NCBI RefSeq assembly: GCF_018977255.1 | Contig: NW_024704742.1 | Span: 53,818,001 to 53,882,000, forward strand | Reading direction: 5' to 3' | Length of the DNA: 64,000 bases | Origin: Callorhinchus milii | Lineage: Eukaryota | Part shown: piece by piece, positions 1-12,739 of the stretch | Layout: each line of letters starts with the position of its first letter | Position numbering within the stretch: position 1 is the first letter of the stretch | Program-made: the position numbers and the translations under genes | Notes under the pieces: model-generated | Database searches by the model: none | Seen by the model: the letters and a program-made list of their open reading frames with translations, nothing else | What the model was told of the DNA's origin: nothing

Positions 1-189
1 ATGCCAGTTTCTGTCCAAATAAAACTTGTGGCTTGTGGAGCGTTCAATCTAACATGTCATAAAGGAAATAATGCAAATTGAGTACATTTTACGGCAGTGG
101 AATCCTGTAACATGCTCAGAGCATCAAGTAAGTAGATGTCAACTCCATATGTGGTTTGAAAAGGCAGCAATAATACTGTGAGCGTCTAC

Positions 190-470
190 CAGGACTCTGC
201 CACATTATCCACTATCAGTGATCATGCTTTCAATCTTTCTGCCCCCACACCTCTGGAACTCCATCCCGGGACCCGCTCCACCTCAGCTCCCTCCCCAGCC
301 TCCTTCAAGCCCTGTCTCAAGATCAATCTTTTCAATCGTGCCTTCAGTCATCTTCCCTCCTCGACCCCTCTCTGAGCTCAACCCACAGCTTGGGTGCAAA
401 CCTCTCACTGTCCAGTGGCTTGGGACGTCCTCTGACGAGAAAGACGTCATAATATTAACATAATGTGTTG
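190..470 (+). mobile_element. L2-clade LINE 3' end fragment
   Basis: Contains 'ctctggaactccatccc...tccttcaag...ctcaaga' and the terminal 'cttgggacgtcctctgacgagaaagacg' motif shared with the longer L2 copies at 14773-16220 and 60630-62370. Confidence 0.8.
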
Positions 471-728
471 CTACCATTCAGAAACATCCACTCCTTTATT
501 ACCTTACACGTCTTGTGCATAGTCAGTGCATAGAATAAAGGGATAGTCTAAGAAGATTTGGACTTCAAAGGGATGAGCTTCCACATATAAGGGCTTGCAA
601 TACAGTTAAATGTCATGTGATGTCAACAACATATCAATACCTGAGAAAAATGAGTTTGCCTCTCATCATCCCAGTGCTACCTGCTACTTCTAAAGTTTAA
701 TGCCAAATACAAAACCAAGCACAGCAGA

Positions 729-1390
729 TAATAATAATATAAATAATCCTCAAAATGCATCAAAGCATTGCACAGAATATACTGTAAGGTGAATTTACTG
801 TATTTTTGGGGGCAAAACACAGCAACTAATTGCACACAGCAATGTCCCACAAACAGTCATGGATTGAGTGACCAATTTATTATTTTTTATTTTTTGAGTG
901 AATTATTGTGGAGTCCTGTAGCTCAGTGGTTAGAGCACTCGCTTTGCAAGCGAGAGACCTGAGTTCAATTCCAGGCAGGGCGAAACCTTGGGCAAGTTTC
1001 CTTACTCCACACAGAGCCTAATAATAATCCCTCCAAAACCAAAAACAATAATAAATTGGTCATTTTCAATCTACAACTGTTTGTGGGACATTGCTGTGCG
1101 CAATTGGCTGCCGCGTTCGCCTATAAATATACAGTCAATTCACTTTACAGTGTGTTCTGTGAAGCCCGTTGGGACATCCTCCCAACGTGAAAAGCGCTAT
1201 ATCAAATTATTATTATTACTCTCGGTAAAGTGATCCGCCAATCGACTAACAAGTGGGTTCCTACTTACTGCTGATAAACAGAGGTGTGTGGAGGAAGGAA
1301 ACTTGCCCAATGCTTCGCCCTGCCGGGAATCAAACCCAGGTCCTCTTGCTTGTGAGGCGCGTGCTCTAACCACTAAGCTACATAACTGAA
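729..1390 (-). mobile_element. tRNA-derived SINE, long form, split by a nested SINE at 908-1217
   Basis: Segments 1218-1390 (head plus internal segment) and 729-907 (body and tail) join into a sequence collinear with the intact long copy at 44980-45378. Confidence 0.85.
908..1217 (+). mobile_element. tRNA(Ala)-derived SINE, short form (SINE2-1_CM-like)
   Basis: GTGGAGTCCTG head, A box TAGCTCAGTGG, anticodon arm CTCGC-TTTGCAA-GCGAG, B box GAGTTCAATTCC, L2-like 3' end and (TTA)n tail; very similar to 59358-59679. Confidence 0.92.
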
Positions 1391-1859
1391 TTAGCGATAT
1401 AATCACCATAAATTAATTAGCTCCAGAGTCAATTCTCAAATCAATATATTCTATAACAGTTTAAGAAGTTATATAAAACAAATTATGCATCATTTTAATT
1501 GTTACAGAATGTAAAAAGGTCTATGATATTAAATTATAGAATATTTATACATTTGATACCACGCTGGTGTAATTTTAATTCTATTAATTATATCACTCCA
1601 CAATTTAAATTAGTTTCAAACACCATTCAGAAAATATTAAGTACGCAATTTCAATAAAATACATTTAATACATTATGAATTGTAGTCCATTAATGTCATG
1701 CCAATTAATTGCATTTCAATATCGTCTTAATCAACTCCATCCACAAGTTTTCTTTCTAGCACATTTTACTTAGATGCTGTAATATAGCATTTGCATTGAA
1801 TGGTAAGGATACTGAGGTTCAAAACATTATATTCCAAATAGAATTTTTCAGTTAAGATA

Positions 1860-2275
1860 AAATTACATTTGTAAAGCGCCTTTCACATCGGGAGGATGAC
1901 CCAATGTGCTGGACAGATGGAGTTTCGGACCCGAGCTGGGGGGCGGGGTCGGAGAGTGTGGAGTGCGGGGTGTGGAGGGAAGCAGCGTGATCGAAAGCAC
2001 GGTCGAAGAGGAGGGTCTTGAGATGGGTCTTGAAGGAGGCAAGGTTGTGGACGAGGTGAAGGGACTGTGGGATGGAGTTTCAGAGGCTGGAGGCAGAGTG
2101 GCTGAAGGCCCGTGGCCAATAATAGGGCGAGCGAGGGGGGGGATGGGAAGCAGTCTGGAGCCTGCTGAGTGGAGGGAGTGAGAAGGTTGGAAGGGGGTTA
2201 GGAGGTTGCACAGGTAGAGGGTAGCAAGACCATGGAGGGCTTTGAAGGTGAGGACCAGGATCTTGAACTATATCG
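1860..2275 (-). mobile_element. L2 LINE 3' fragment
   Basis: Reverse complement of the L2 3' end ('tacatttgtaaagcgcctttcac') through to the FKILVLTFKALHG-coding segment ('ccatggagggctttgaaggtgaggaccaggatcttgaac'). Confidence 0.88.
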
Positions 2276-3085
2276 GAAAGTACATCATGTGGACTGGTGG
2301 AAACTCCCACCTGTTCAATTTATGTTTAAGGCAGAGTTCCTGTGGTTTGGTATGACATTCTGGTGGACATTGAAGGTCCGATGATACTTTTTGAAAAGAT
2401 GGAGAAGTTTCTCCTGTTGTCCTGGCCAACAATCCCTGAAACAAAATTGGTCATTCACTTCATGGCTATTAGTGGGATAATGCTGTGAAATTGCAAATAA
2501 TTGAAAATAATAATAATAATCATTTACATTTAACATAGCACCTTTCATGTCAGGAGAAGTGCTTCACAGGATTACTATAAAGTAGAGTGACTGTATTTTA
2601 ATGGGCAAAAAGATGATACAGCATGTCATGACATAAATGGACTAACCGTAATCCAGGTTTAAGGTTTAAAATTTCAGGTTTAAAGAACACAGACCTGAAA
2701 ATACAGGAGCCGAAAGAGAAAAATGTCAGTTTACAATTTATTTGCACCAGTTTAGTTGTGCTTAAACATTCCACGAAAGGCAGACATCTTCCAGCAAATG
2801 AGAATAGCACAGCTTGGCATGTGAGGGGCCCTCTGACTACCTTGTTAGTGACATTTGTAAATTACAAGGATTTACAAAGAAGGTACAGCACAGAAACAGG
2901 CCACCTGGCCCAACCAGTCGCGCCAGTGTTTATACTCCATGTGGTTCTCTACTCATTCCTTAGTCCGTCCCACATCCTTCTCTTCTCCTCCCACTCATGT
3001 GAAAGCCTAGCTTCTTCTTGAATGCATCTACATGATCTGATTCAACCACTACTTCAGCAGTGAGTTCTACAATCTCACTACCCTA

Positions 3086-3350
3086 TTCAAAATCAAATTC
3101 AAGATCCTCGTCCTCATTTTCAAGGTCATCCATGGCCTTGCCACCTCCTACTTCTCTGACCTGCTGACTCCCTACCAACCCGCCCGCTCCCTCCATTCAG
3201 CGGGCTCCGGCCTGCTCCATGTCTCCCGTCCGACCCGCCCTACCATTGGTGGCCGGGCTTTCAGCCTCTCTGCTCCCACACTCTGGAACTCCATCCCATG
3301 GTCCCTTCGCCTCGCTTCCTCCCTTGCCTCCTTCAAGGCCGGTCTCAAGG
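3086..3350 (+). mobile_element. L2 LINE fragment nested in the CR1
   Basis: 'atcaaattcaagatcctcgtcctcattttcaagg...ctctggaactccatccc' is collinear with 15810-16060. Confidence 0.85.
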
Positions 3351-3408
3351 CCAGATTAATCTTTAGTTCCTGGAAACTCCAAGGTAACCTGGAGGGATGG
3401 CAACCCTA
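3351..3408. mobile_element. Terminal fragment of a hAT-type non-autonomous DNA element
   Basis: Ends in TGGCAACCCTA (reverse complement TAGGGTTGCCA), a recognised hAT-type TIR; only one end is seen. Confidence 0.55.
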
Positions 3409-3852
3409 ATTAGGTTCCCTCTGAAACGTCTTTTCTCCAATGAAAAATAACCTAACCTATCCAGTCTATCCTGGTAGTAACAACCTACTAGCCCTGGTAT
3501 CATGCTAGTAAACCTACACTCTACTCTTCCCATTGCTGCTATATCCACAAGGTAGTGTGGAGACCAGAACTGAACACAGTTCTCCAAACGCTGTAGAAAA
3601 AAATAAGGCGCCCTCACTTAATAACCACACAGGTCAGAGCTACCCAAGACTAGAGCACCGAGACCAATGATTAGCAAACTAGTGGAATCTGAGCATATTC
3701 TGTTGCTTTCAGAAGACATGTTCGCTGTCTAAGTCTTCTATACCTTGTGTATTACATCACAACAATACATCAGTCTCCTGCACAGTAGCCCTGAACAGGA
3801 CAAACTGGTTTGGATAACTGACTGTCATGGTTACCCTATTCTTGCAGTTTTT

Positions 3853-4391
3853 TGTAATGTGTAAATAATACATATATATAACTATATATTATTTAAAGGA
3901 AATGGGGAGGTCTGCCCCTTTAAATGGGTTTTGGAGGATACAAGTTGCAGAAGCTGCTTGTAGCAGAGTTAGCAAGCAGCCAACACAAGTTGCAACAAAG
4001 TAAAATTGTCAGCATGCATGAGTTGCACGTAGAGTAAAATAGCACATGGCCGTTAGCGTGGGAAAAAACCCTGCACTCGCATGATACTGTGGGTGGGCCT
4101 ATATAAAGCAGTTTGGCCTCGTCGTGGTCGCTAACCAATGGTCGTCATCCGGTATGTACTGACGTGTACAGGACTACTGTACAGTCAGGGATGTTTTTTA
4201 TATTTGTTTACTAATGCAGTATTGTGCTGCCAGTTGTTATAGTTATGTGTGATAGTTATGTTTGATCCCATTGTTGTACATCTTTCATTGTTGTGTTCCT
4301 TATAATCAAGGTAGCCGAGGCTTGCTAGATTTTAATAAAGAGCTGTTGTTTCTACTGAATGTATCCTTGAGTCTCTGTAGTATTCTAGACA
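3853..4391 (+). mobile_element. Candidate solo LTR (Gypsy-like)
   Basis: TGT...ACA ends, TATATAAA at 4100, AATAAA at 4334 about 55 bp before the end, and locally high CpG content. No TSD found. Confidence 0.5.
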
Positions 4392-5789
4392 AGAAAAGGA
4401 GTAAGCACTTCGGAGGGTAGTTGTCACCATCGGAGGTCTACTAGCGCAAGCACACTCGGATTTGACATTCCGGTTACAGGGCATTGGGGTTAACTGGGAA
4501 TACCTGTCTGTGGGTGACTCTGACTTCATTGAGTCACCTTTGAAATAGGGACTCACTGACAGAGTTAGGAGAGAAGCAAGTCCACTTAGTACAAAAGCAT
4601 TAATAAAATTTGCACGTACATCAAGGAGTGAGAATTGTCGCTTGACACACAGGACTTGGGCTCACTTGATCTTTCTGAAACTTCAGATCACAATAATCAT
4701 CTTTAAATTAGTAGTTTTGGCTCACTGATCAAGGCAGGTCAATGATCATCAGTAAAAGTTCCAAGAAGATTTAAAAAAATGGAAACATCTCCCAGATCTC
4801 CACAGGTAATCAAGTGAAAACTCCAGGCTTCAGTCTAATGTCACCATTTCCATTATTTAACCCTGAGTTTTCATATACCATATATTGCATTTCAATAGTT
4901 CAGCAGGCTTGAAATCAATCCTGTCCTTAACTGGAAAGTCATCCAGCTCCATTTTAAAGGGATTAATGGTCATAGTATTAACTATTTGTGACGGATTTCT
5001 ATTCTGTGGGAAAGAAAAAAAATCTTCTAATCTTTGGTCTCGATTTTGTATTCTGTCCTGCAGCTCTCCAATCAGTTTAACTTAAATGACCCACTTACAT
5101 CAATATTATTTGTGCCTTTTTATAGCGCATTTTATAATACAATGATATCAGCCATTTCTCATAACATGAGAGATTTTAAGTCTCAATACCATCCTCTGAA
5201 TTCTCTCCATTGGTTTTATCTACTTTTGAAGACAGGGCTCCCAAAACTGCAATAAATATACTGCACCCACAAAATATACAGGCAATTTACTTTACAATAT
5301 ATTCTGTGAAATGCTTTGAGATATCTTGAAGACCTGATAAAGTGCTATATCAAATGAAATGCAAGTATTATTATAATCCTGATGTGTTTACAGGGTCTAA
5401 TTCCACTCACAACAAAATGTCCTTCAGATGCTTTGCAGTCCTTGATTAATCTTGATGGTTACAAATTCACGTTGACTCAGTAGTTTTAATAACTGCAGAC
5501 AAAGGATTTTCCTTTCTCTCTTTTCCCACACGTTTGCCCTCTGTGTGCATGCTTTACCATTCCAGCATTATTATGTAATGCTCTTTCTTGTTGTGGTGCC
5601 TCTATTTGTTTCCATTTTGTCACTCTTCCTGCCCTTCAGTTCTTCCACATGTGTCTTATAATAATAATATTATAATAAGAAGAATATGATGATCTTATCC
5701 TAGTTATTTCTCCTTCTTCCTTTCCATTTGTTTGTCCTCCTCAGGGAGTGGAGGCAAGGTGAGGGATCAGTGGAAGGGAGGTAAATAGA

Positions 5790-6283
5790 GTCTCCTTGGA
5801 GCTAAATTGGCTCCATGTTGACATGCTGGTAACAGAATGTCAGAATTGAGTGAAGCCTCTGTTTCGGTCTCAGTAATTTGAGCCACGCAGCTCCATGGTA
5901 CTTCAAGGCATTGATGACAACAGACCAGTCAGCCTGATAGACTGTTCACTGGGGGCAGGGATTCTTCCCATGCAACTCCTGCTAATCCTTCGAGGCAGAG
6001 TTCCAATGCATAGGGTACTCCTAGCCTGAGAAGCCGTATCCCATATCCTCTCACTGGCAATCTACATGGTTTTAACCATTTCAATTCCAACAGTACCTCA
6101 ATATACACTCTGGAGTCTTCAAGCCTTTCCTCCTGCCAATCTGTACCTAATACCTAAGCAGGATGTGTCCTCCAGGGAGAGAGTGCACATTCCATTCCAG
6201 ACGCAGGGAAATGCCCATGTTAAGGTGGTATACATATGTGGGACTTGGTAATGGTAATGGGTTTCCACATGTCAGATACCCAG
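5790..6283. repeat. Unclassified interspersed repeat, copy A
   Basis: Collinear with 36061-36627 and, over its right end, with 17995-18112. Confidence 0.75.
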
Positions 6284-6419
6284 TTTCCCCCAAAATTGTG
6301 TTTGTGCTTTCACTCTCTTCATTTTCTCTTTGCTATCTGCTGTTTTTTGTTTTCACTTTCCTAAGGACACAGGGATTGTAGAGCCAGTTGAACTGTCTGT
6401 TCTATTTTATGGTGAAGAT

Positions 6420-7132
6420 CAGTGTTGTGGATTCAAGCCTCAATTGGGGCTGTTAAATTCAAAGTCCAGGCTGACAATCCATTACAGTGCTGGGGGAGCA
6501 CTACGCTGCAATCCTGGTGCTCTTTTGTAATCCTGGGATCCTGAATTTTATCTCGTCTGGGACACCAGCAGTTGTCACACCAACGAGGTACCTCAGAGAG
6601 GGCGTTCCTTCACAGGGAGAACATCTGGGATGTTTAAATATCTGCCCATCTGCTCCCCCTGCTCATCCTCATGGCAATGTGCTGCCCGTTTTCAATGGAA
6701 CAGGAAGACCTGTCCTCCCCTTCCACCCAAGCTCGGCCTTTATATGATCTCGAAATCCCAGGATTCGCTTCAGGGAATCCCACAATCTTGGGAGCACCAT
6801 TACCATATGGGATCCAGACATCAGGATTCCCCTAACTGAATTGCAGGAGGCCTTTGTCCTTTTGATGAGAAGTTAAACCAAGGTTCCATCTGTCTGTTCA
6901 GATGTACGTTAGAGATCCCAAGGCACTTTTTGAAAAGAAAAGGGAGGTTCTTCCAGTGTTTGGCTGACAAAAAATTGTCACTTACTTCCTGACTGTTTGT
7001 GGGAGATTGGTGCGAATTGGCTGCTGAGCTCCTACAAAATAGATAAACTAAACTTTACAGTCAATCCTGTGAAGCACTTTGAGACATCCTTCTGACAGGA
7101 AAGGTGCCATATCAAATCCAAAGATTATTATT
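6420..7132 (+). mobile_element. Deu-domain SINE, interrupted at 6506-6846
   Basis: Deu-like core 'gatgagaagttaaaccaaggttccatctgtctgttcagatgtacgttagagatccc' plus the shared SINE tail. Confidence 0.7.
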
Positions 7133-9535
7133 GGTACAAAATTTTACCTGTTTCATAAAAAGATTTTTTAAAATTTAGGACAATATGGCCCATGATGTTA
7201 GTTTTAGCCTCAAGACTAGCATTAAGATTTTAGATCATGCAGAAGGTTGGCAATTTTTTAAAAAGTTTAAGTCTTAGGAACTAAAAAACGTATTCCAAAT
7301 GTCATGCAGTTGTAATATTAAACCAATAGTTTTCTTGTCTCAGAAGGAGCACTTAAATACCCCAAATTAAGCACATATTTCACAGAATGTTGCAAAGAAG
7401 CATCAACGTACAATTATGGAGCAAGTGACCTTTGCTTCAATGGACAAAACAGAAGATCATGAAACCCCACTGGCACACCAGCCATAGTGGTAGCAAGAGA
7501 AATATAACTGCACAACATTAACCAATCTGATTCCTTTTAAAGAGATATTTTGCTTGCAGAAAATTTATAATCCTTCCTCATATCATATATATTACCTATG
7601 AAATTGTTGTCAACAAGCCTTGCGCAAGTATTGATTACTTAAAATAATAAAATACCATACAATTTACACTTTTACGGCACATTTCACCTCAGGAAGTTAT
7701 CCCAAATTGCTTGACAATTCTGGATGGGCATCAAAGCAGAGGTTGGGTCCAGAAAAAAGTTAAGGAGGGGAAAAATGACCAAACCTTGGTTAAAGAGATA
7801 TGTTTTGAGATCTACTTTGAAAGGAGGAAGGTAGGGAGGAAATTGGAAGGCCCTGGGAATGGAGTTCCAAAGTAAAGCTGATGGTAGGGTGGATAGAGTA
7901 GGGGAGTAGGTCAGTGTCCTAAACTAAGTAGTATCATTTCAAACAAAGGCAACTATTGTACATCAATAATCATTCAATATTACACCTAATTGTACTAAAA
8001 CAGTTATGTAGGCAAACATCACAGCTAATCTGCACCAGCTACTTCCCACAGAAAGCAGTGAGATGAATGACCAATGAACACGTTTTTGATGAGGTTAAGG
8101 TAAGGGTAGAATATTGGCTAGGATAGTTCCCTACTCTTCAAAATGTGCCACAGGGTCTTTAACATCCACCTGATTAGGGCCGTCATACAATATTGCTTCC
8201 AAAGAATGGCACTTGCAAAATGCAACATTCCAACAGTACAACGATTGAATGTCAGTGTAGATTATAAGACCAAGACTGGACATGTTTGTAGGTTGACTGT
8301 AACTGTGTGCATTTGCTGGCCCCTAACATGAACTGTGGTGTGATAATTGTTCCGATGACTTACCGTATATTCCCAAAACAAATAATGTACAATATTGGAA
8401 TTTTGGGTGCCTCCTGAAGGAAAGGGGAAGAAATTAAAGGATCACTCCTTGTGCCTTGTTAGCACACTGCCACTACCCCCTGTCTCCAGTGTGGCAATCA
8501 AATAATGTGCATCGTCCACCATCAGCAGTCTCTTTCTGTGAGTTGGTGTTTGGGTGTCAGGAGGGCCTCCCAACATTCAAGGGAAGTAAATCTGCTGTAC
8601 TGCTCACTAAAAGGAATTTTGTGACCCTTGGTTGATATATTCCACATTCCATAACTGGGCAAACTATTTCGTGCATGACCTTAGCTTTGTTAAGCTTGAG
8701 AAGAACTGTGAACAACCCATAATAACAAGGTTTTACTAAAATGATTTTCTGATGTATACTTTAACTATCAGATTTGGGATGGCATTCTGACTGGAATCCA
8801 AACCATATGGTGCTATGAAAGACTCAACCACACACACACACGCACACAATTTAACAACTCTTCCAAGTGCCAGGTGCAATTTTACCCTTACAATATTCTG
8901 ACAGCAGAGTATCTAATGAACATGAAAAAGCACACACAGACATAAATCTGATTGTCTCGTCTGTGTCAATGAAAACGGCGGCTGTGTCCATCTCAATGTG
9001 TTTTGGCTTTACTAACTAAGAGGCTTTGGTAGTTAGCCAGAGTGTGTTAATGCCAGGAGTTGGACATCTATACAACTGAAGCTCAGAGAACCAGCTGCCC
9101 ATACTGATGCCAAAAGGAAAAATGTTGCTGCTGAGTTTCTGCGCAAATAAGCCTTAATTGGCAGTAGACTGAACATGTGAGAGCATCAGGTTAACCTGGC
9201 AAGCAATAGTTTTGGCAGAATCAAACTAAGATAATAGCTACTGGATAAGAATCAACTTCTGAGTCACTAATTTAAGAAAAAAAAACATAAAAAGTTTACA
9301 ACACAAACGGTGGCCATTTGGCCCATTGGGAGCTGACTGATCAAATTCCATTCCCCTGTTCTTTTCCCATGTCATATTATTTTTCATCAAGGACTCATTC
9401 AATTCCCTTTTAAATGCTGTGGGTTCACCAGCCAATTGTGGGTATGGAATTCCTAATTCTAATAACACTCTGAGTAAAGAAACACCTGCTCCCTTTTATT
9501 CTCCTGGTGATAGGCCTCAGATTATGTCAATGTGC

Positions 9536-9962
9536 CAGTCTGGCCTAGTTGGTAGCAAGCTTTCCTCTGATTTAGAAGGTTGTGAGTTCATGCCCCACAT
9601 CAGGACTTTGAACAGTTTAGTTGGTGATGTGTTGAATTACTGAGCATCTCTGGTGCTGTCCTTTAGATGAAATGTTAAACGGAGGTCCAGTCTGCCTTTT
9701 TAGGTGGACATTAAAGATCCTATAACACAATTTGAAAAGAGAATGGAGTTGCTTCCTATGTCCAGGCCAACAACCTTCCCCCCAAAAATTGCTATCACTT
9801 CATGGCTATTTTTGGCCCCAGTTGTGTGCAAATTGGCTGCTACGTTTACCCACTAATTACAGTCACTCAACTTCACATGATGTCCTGTGAAATACTTTGA
9901 CATGTTCTCCTGACGTGAAAGATGTTATATGAAATGCCAGGATTAATTTTTAGTATTATTAT
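9536..9962 (+). mobile_element. Full-length Deu-domain SINE (SacSINE1/AmnSINE1 superfamily-like)
   Basis: tRNA-like head 'ctggcctagttggtagc...agaaggttgtgagttca', Deu core 'tgctgtcctttagatgaaatgttaaacggaggtcc...gtggacattaaagatcc', and an L2-type 3' end. Confidence 0.8.
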
Positions 9963-12344
9963 TCAATCTATTTTTACTCTTTCCTGTTCCAGAAAAAAAA
10001 CTTTTCAAGTCCCTTTTAATTTAAGGTCTGCAAAAAATGAAGAATTTAAAACTAAAGATTTAGATTATGAGATTCTGACAATCTGATACCAGTACTGCAA
10101 CTTCAAGAATCAGCAGTTTATTTTGAAATAAAATTTTAATTTAATTTTAGTCACAATGAACTGTGTAGATAAGATGCTCTCATCTGAAAGATGTGGGCTG
10201 TAGTTACTCCTGCAGATATGTGCCGCAAGACAAGAATATGTCAAAGACATTCTGTTAAAGAGTCAAATGCCTTCCAAAGGTGATACATGCAAATGAAATG
10301 TAATGAAGAAGGTTGAAAAGGGGCAGTAGCTAAATACATAAAATGTATCCAAGATCATAGTATAAGTTGTGACTCGCTGAAGCAAGACTAGATTTTTTTT
10401 TCCTCCCTACATATTACTAGACATGAAGGATCTCGCAACAAAAGCAGTTAATGCAATCTTGATTAATTCATTTCTTTTTTTAAAAAAAAGACCTGGTTAA
10501 ATGTCAGGTTAAAAAAACAGGATTGAGAGTAGAAATTATCTGTGAAAAACAACTGTTCTTATGTTGCTGGAACTGTTGAAATGTGATGTGCGAAACACAT
10601 GTAGTCAAGGTTGAATATTTTGATTGATTTCTTGGTGGACTTCCTTAGGTACGAGGCAGAAATGTTTGAGAGCTTAAGCTTCTTAAAATCTATATTTATT
10701 CAAAATATTAATTACCTTGTGTGGTGTCCATCATAGAGAGTGTTGCACATAGGTTCTTGTTAATGACTCCAGAGAAGTCCTCTGGATTTTACCCCCACTG
10801 CCTTGTTTCTCTATTTGGTAAGTAAACATCTAAAAAGAAAGATACTGGGGTCTAATATGTGACATTAGTGATAACTGTGGTTGTTGTTCCTATTTCTGGC
10901 CACTCCTCAATCAAAAAAAATTCAAAAAGTGCAATAAAGGATCAGAAAGCAAAACCTGGCCACAAAATGGTCTCTGCTAGTGTTTCTTCTTCAATAAATT
11001 TGTTTGTGAATTACACAATTCAGGAACAGATCAGTGACTTCTAATTTGCAAATGCTTCATTTTGAAGCCTTTTAAATCTTTAGTACTGTAGCAGTTTCAC
11101 GTGGTTAACAGCAAATATTCTTTGCCGGCACTATATATGTCTGAACATCATAATCTAGAAAGATGAAACACATCTTCATTCAGGCTGAAACATCAGTTAC
11201 TAGAAAGAAGGAGAAACAATAAGAAATGGTGTAAACAAATGGGAGATACTCTTCGTGGCAAAGATAAACTATCTCATACCACACAAAAATATAGTATTTA
11301 TCCACGGTCAGAGCAACAGCAGTGCTCATGCCAAAAATCCAGTGTGCCACAGTATGAATCCTATTTTCATACTGTGTATTTTCATACTGCCCATATTTTC
11401 GATTCTTCAGTGACTCAAATCTCTGTTGCACTTGCAACCTTTGTAAACCATCCCTTAACAGACACTGTTTCACAAATGTTATTCAGTCCATTCTCATTAT
11501 TAATTGAAGAACTTCCACTGAAAAACAACACAGTACATATCAGTTTATGTCTTCCATATTAATTGGAAGAAATACTGAGAAATTATTCATCGCTACATCA
11601 AGCAGATCAGCCAAAGACAAGGTTCAGATCAGGAGGCTATTTATGACTCAAAATATCCCAAATTCTTGATCTAGTTTATCGATCACTGATAACTTAATGC
11701 TGCTGTGCATGATAGTGTCTCCCTCTGTTACATCCTATTTACCTTCAACTTAACTGGAATACTTTGAAGACTCTACCACATGATATTTATTCTTGGTTAT
11801 ACACTAGAATCTGGACAATTGAAATTAAGGGATTATTCAAGTTTCAACACCAAATGGCTTATTTTTGATAAAGTAAGCGTTAAATCAAATCTACTTAAAA
11901 ACAAAACTCATGGTAAAGTAAATTATATGTGGTAGAGAAAGTACTGACTTTTTTAAATGTCAACAATACTACAATACCAACAAATCGATTTACACCGGAA
12001 AATAGAGATTTACATAGGAGAGAGAAATAAAAACCTTATTGGGCTCCAATTTATACATAATAATACTGTAAAATAATATTCCTTACATTGTTTATGGGAC
12101 CTATAATGTTTAGATTGTCGCAGTGCACTTCACAGCATTTCTGTGATGTGTAGTGACTGTGTATTCATGCTATTTCTTAAGAGGATTTCTCAATAGGAAT
12201 CTGAGTAAGTGGGTGGACATGGCGGAATTCTCACATCCTTGTTAAGTAATTGCTACATATTAGACCTCAATAGTGTATCAATCACTAAATTAAATCATTA
12301 AACAAACTCATGAATAATTTTATACCAACTTATAAATAGTAATA

Positions 12345-12640
12345 ATGATAATAATAACATTAGATATAGCACCTCATCAAGTCTTTGAGACATCTCAAAG
12401 TGCTTCACAGAATATTCTTTCAAATGAATTGATTGTATATTTTGTGGGTGAAACAAGGCAGCCAATTGCAAACAGTAGTGTCACACAACCAGTTATGGAT
12501 TGAGTAACCCAATTTTATTTATTAAATGGATTATTACCCCAAAAAAGTGATCCGCCAATTGACTAACTGGATTCTTACTTACTGCTAGGTAAACAGAGGC
12601 GTGTGGAGTAAGGAAACTTCCTGAAGGTTTTACCCTGCTC
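12345..12640 (-). mobile_element. tRNA-derived SINE, long form, 5'-truncated
   Basis: 'aagtgatccgccaattgactaactgg...ctgctaggtaaacagaggcgtgtggagtaaggaaactt' matches 45217-45300. Confidence 0.85.
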
Positions 12641-12739
12641 AGGAAGAGTATAGCACGGAAGTGAACTCAAACCAATAGTTGTACTGGTAAAAACAGGTGC
12701 ATTGTCAAATGACTAGTAGAACAGCTGTGCTATGCGGTG

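Larger units (their letters stand above)
2865..3590 (-). mobile_element. CR1-clade LINE 3' fragment, interrupted at 3086-3408
   Basis: ORF 3363..3617 contains 'LENCVQFWSPHY...FTSMIPGL...YQDRLDRLGYFSLEKRRFRGNLI', the typical CR1 ORF2 C-terminus; CR1-type 3'UTR at 2865-3085. Confidence 0.8.

Noticed and set aside
908..985. tRNA-Ala(TGC) gene (also at 28224, 38649 and 59358)
   Set aside because: The cloverleaf-like head runs straight into a SINE body and tail in every copy, so these are SINE heads and not tRNA genes.
11180..11562. Overlapping 97-aa and 107-aa ORFs and other short ORFs in unique DNA
   Set aside because: No recognisable domains or splice-supported homology; lengths are compatible with chance.
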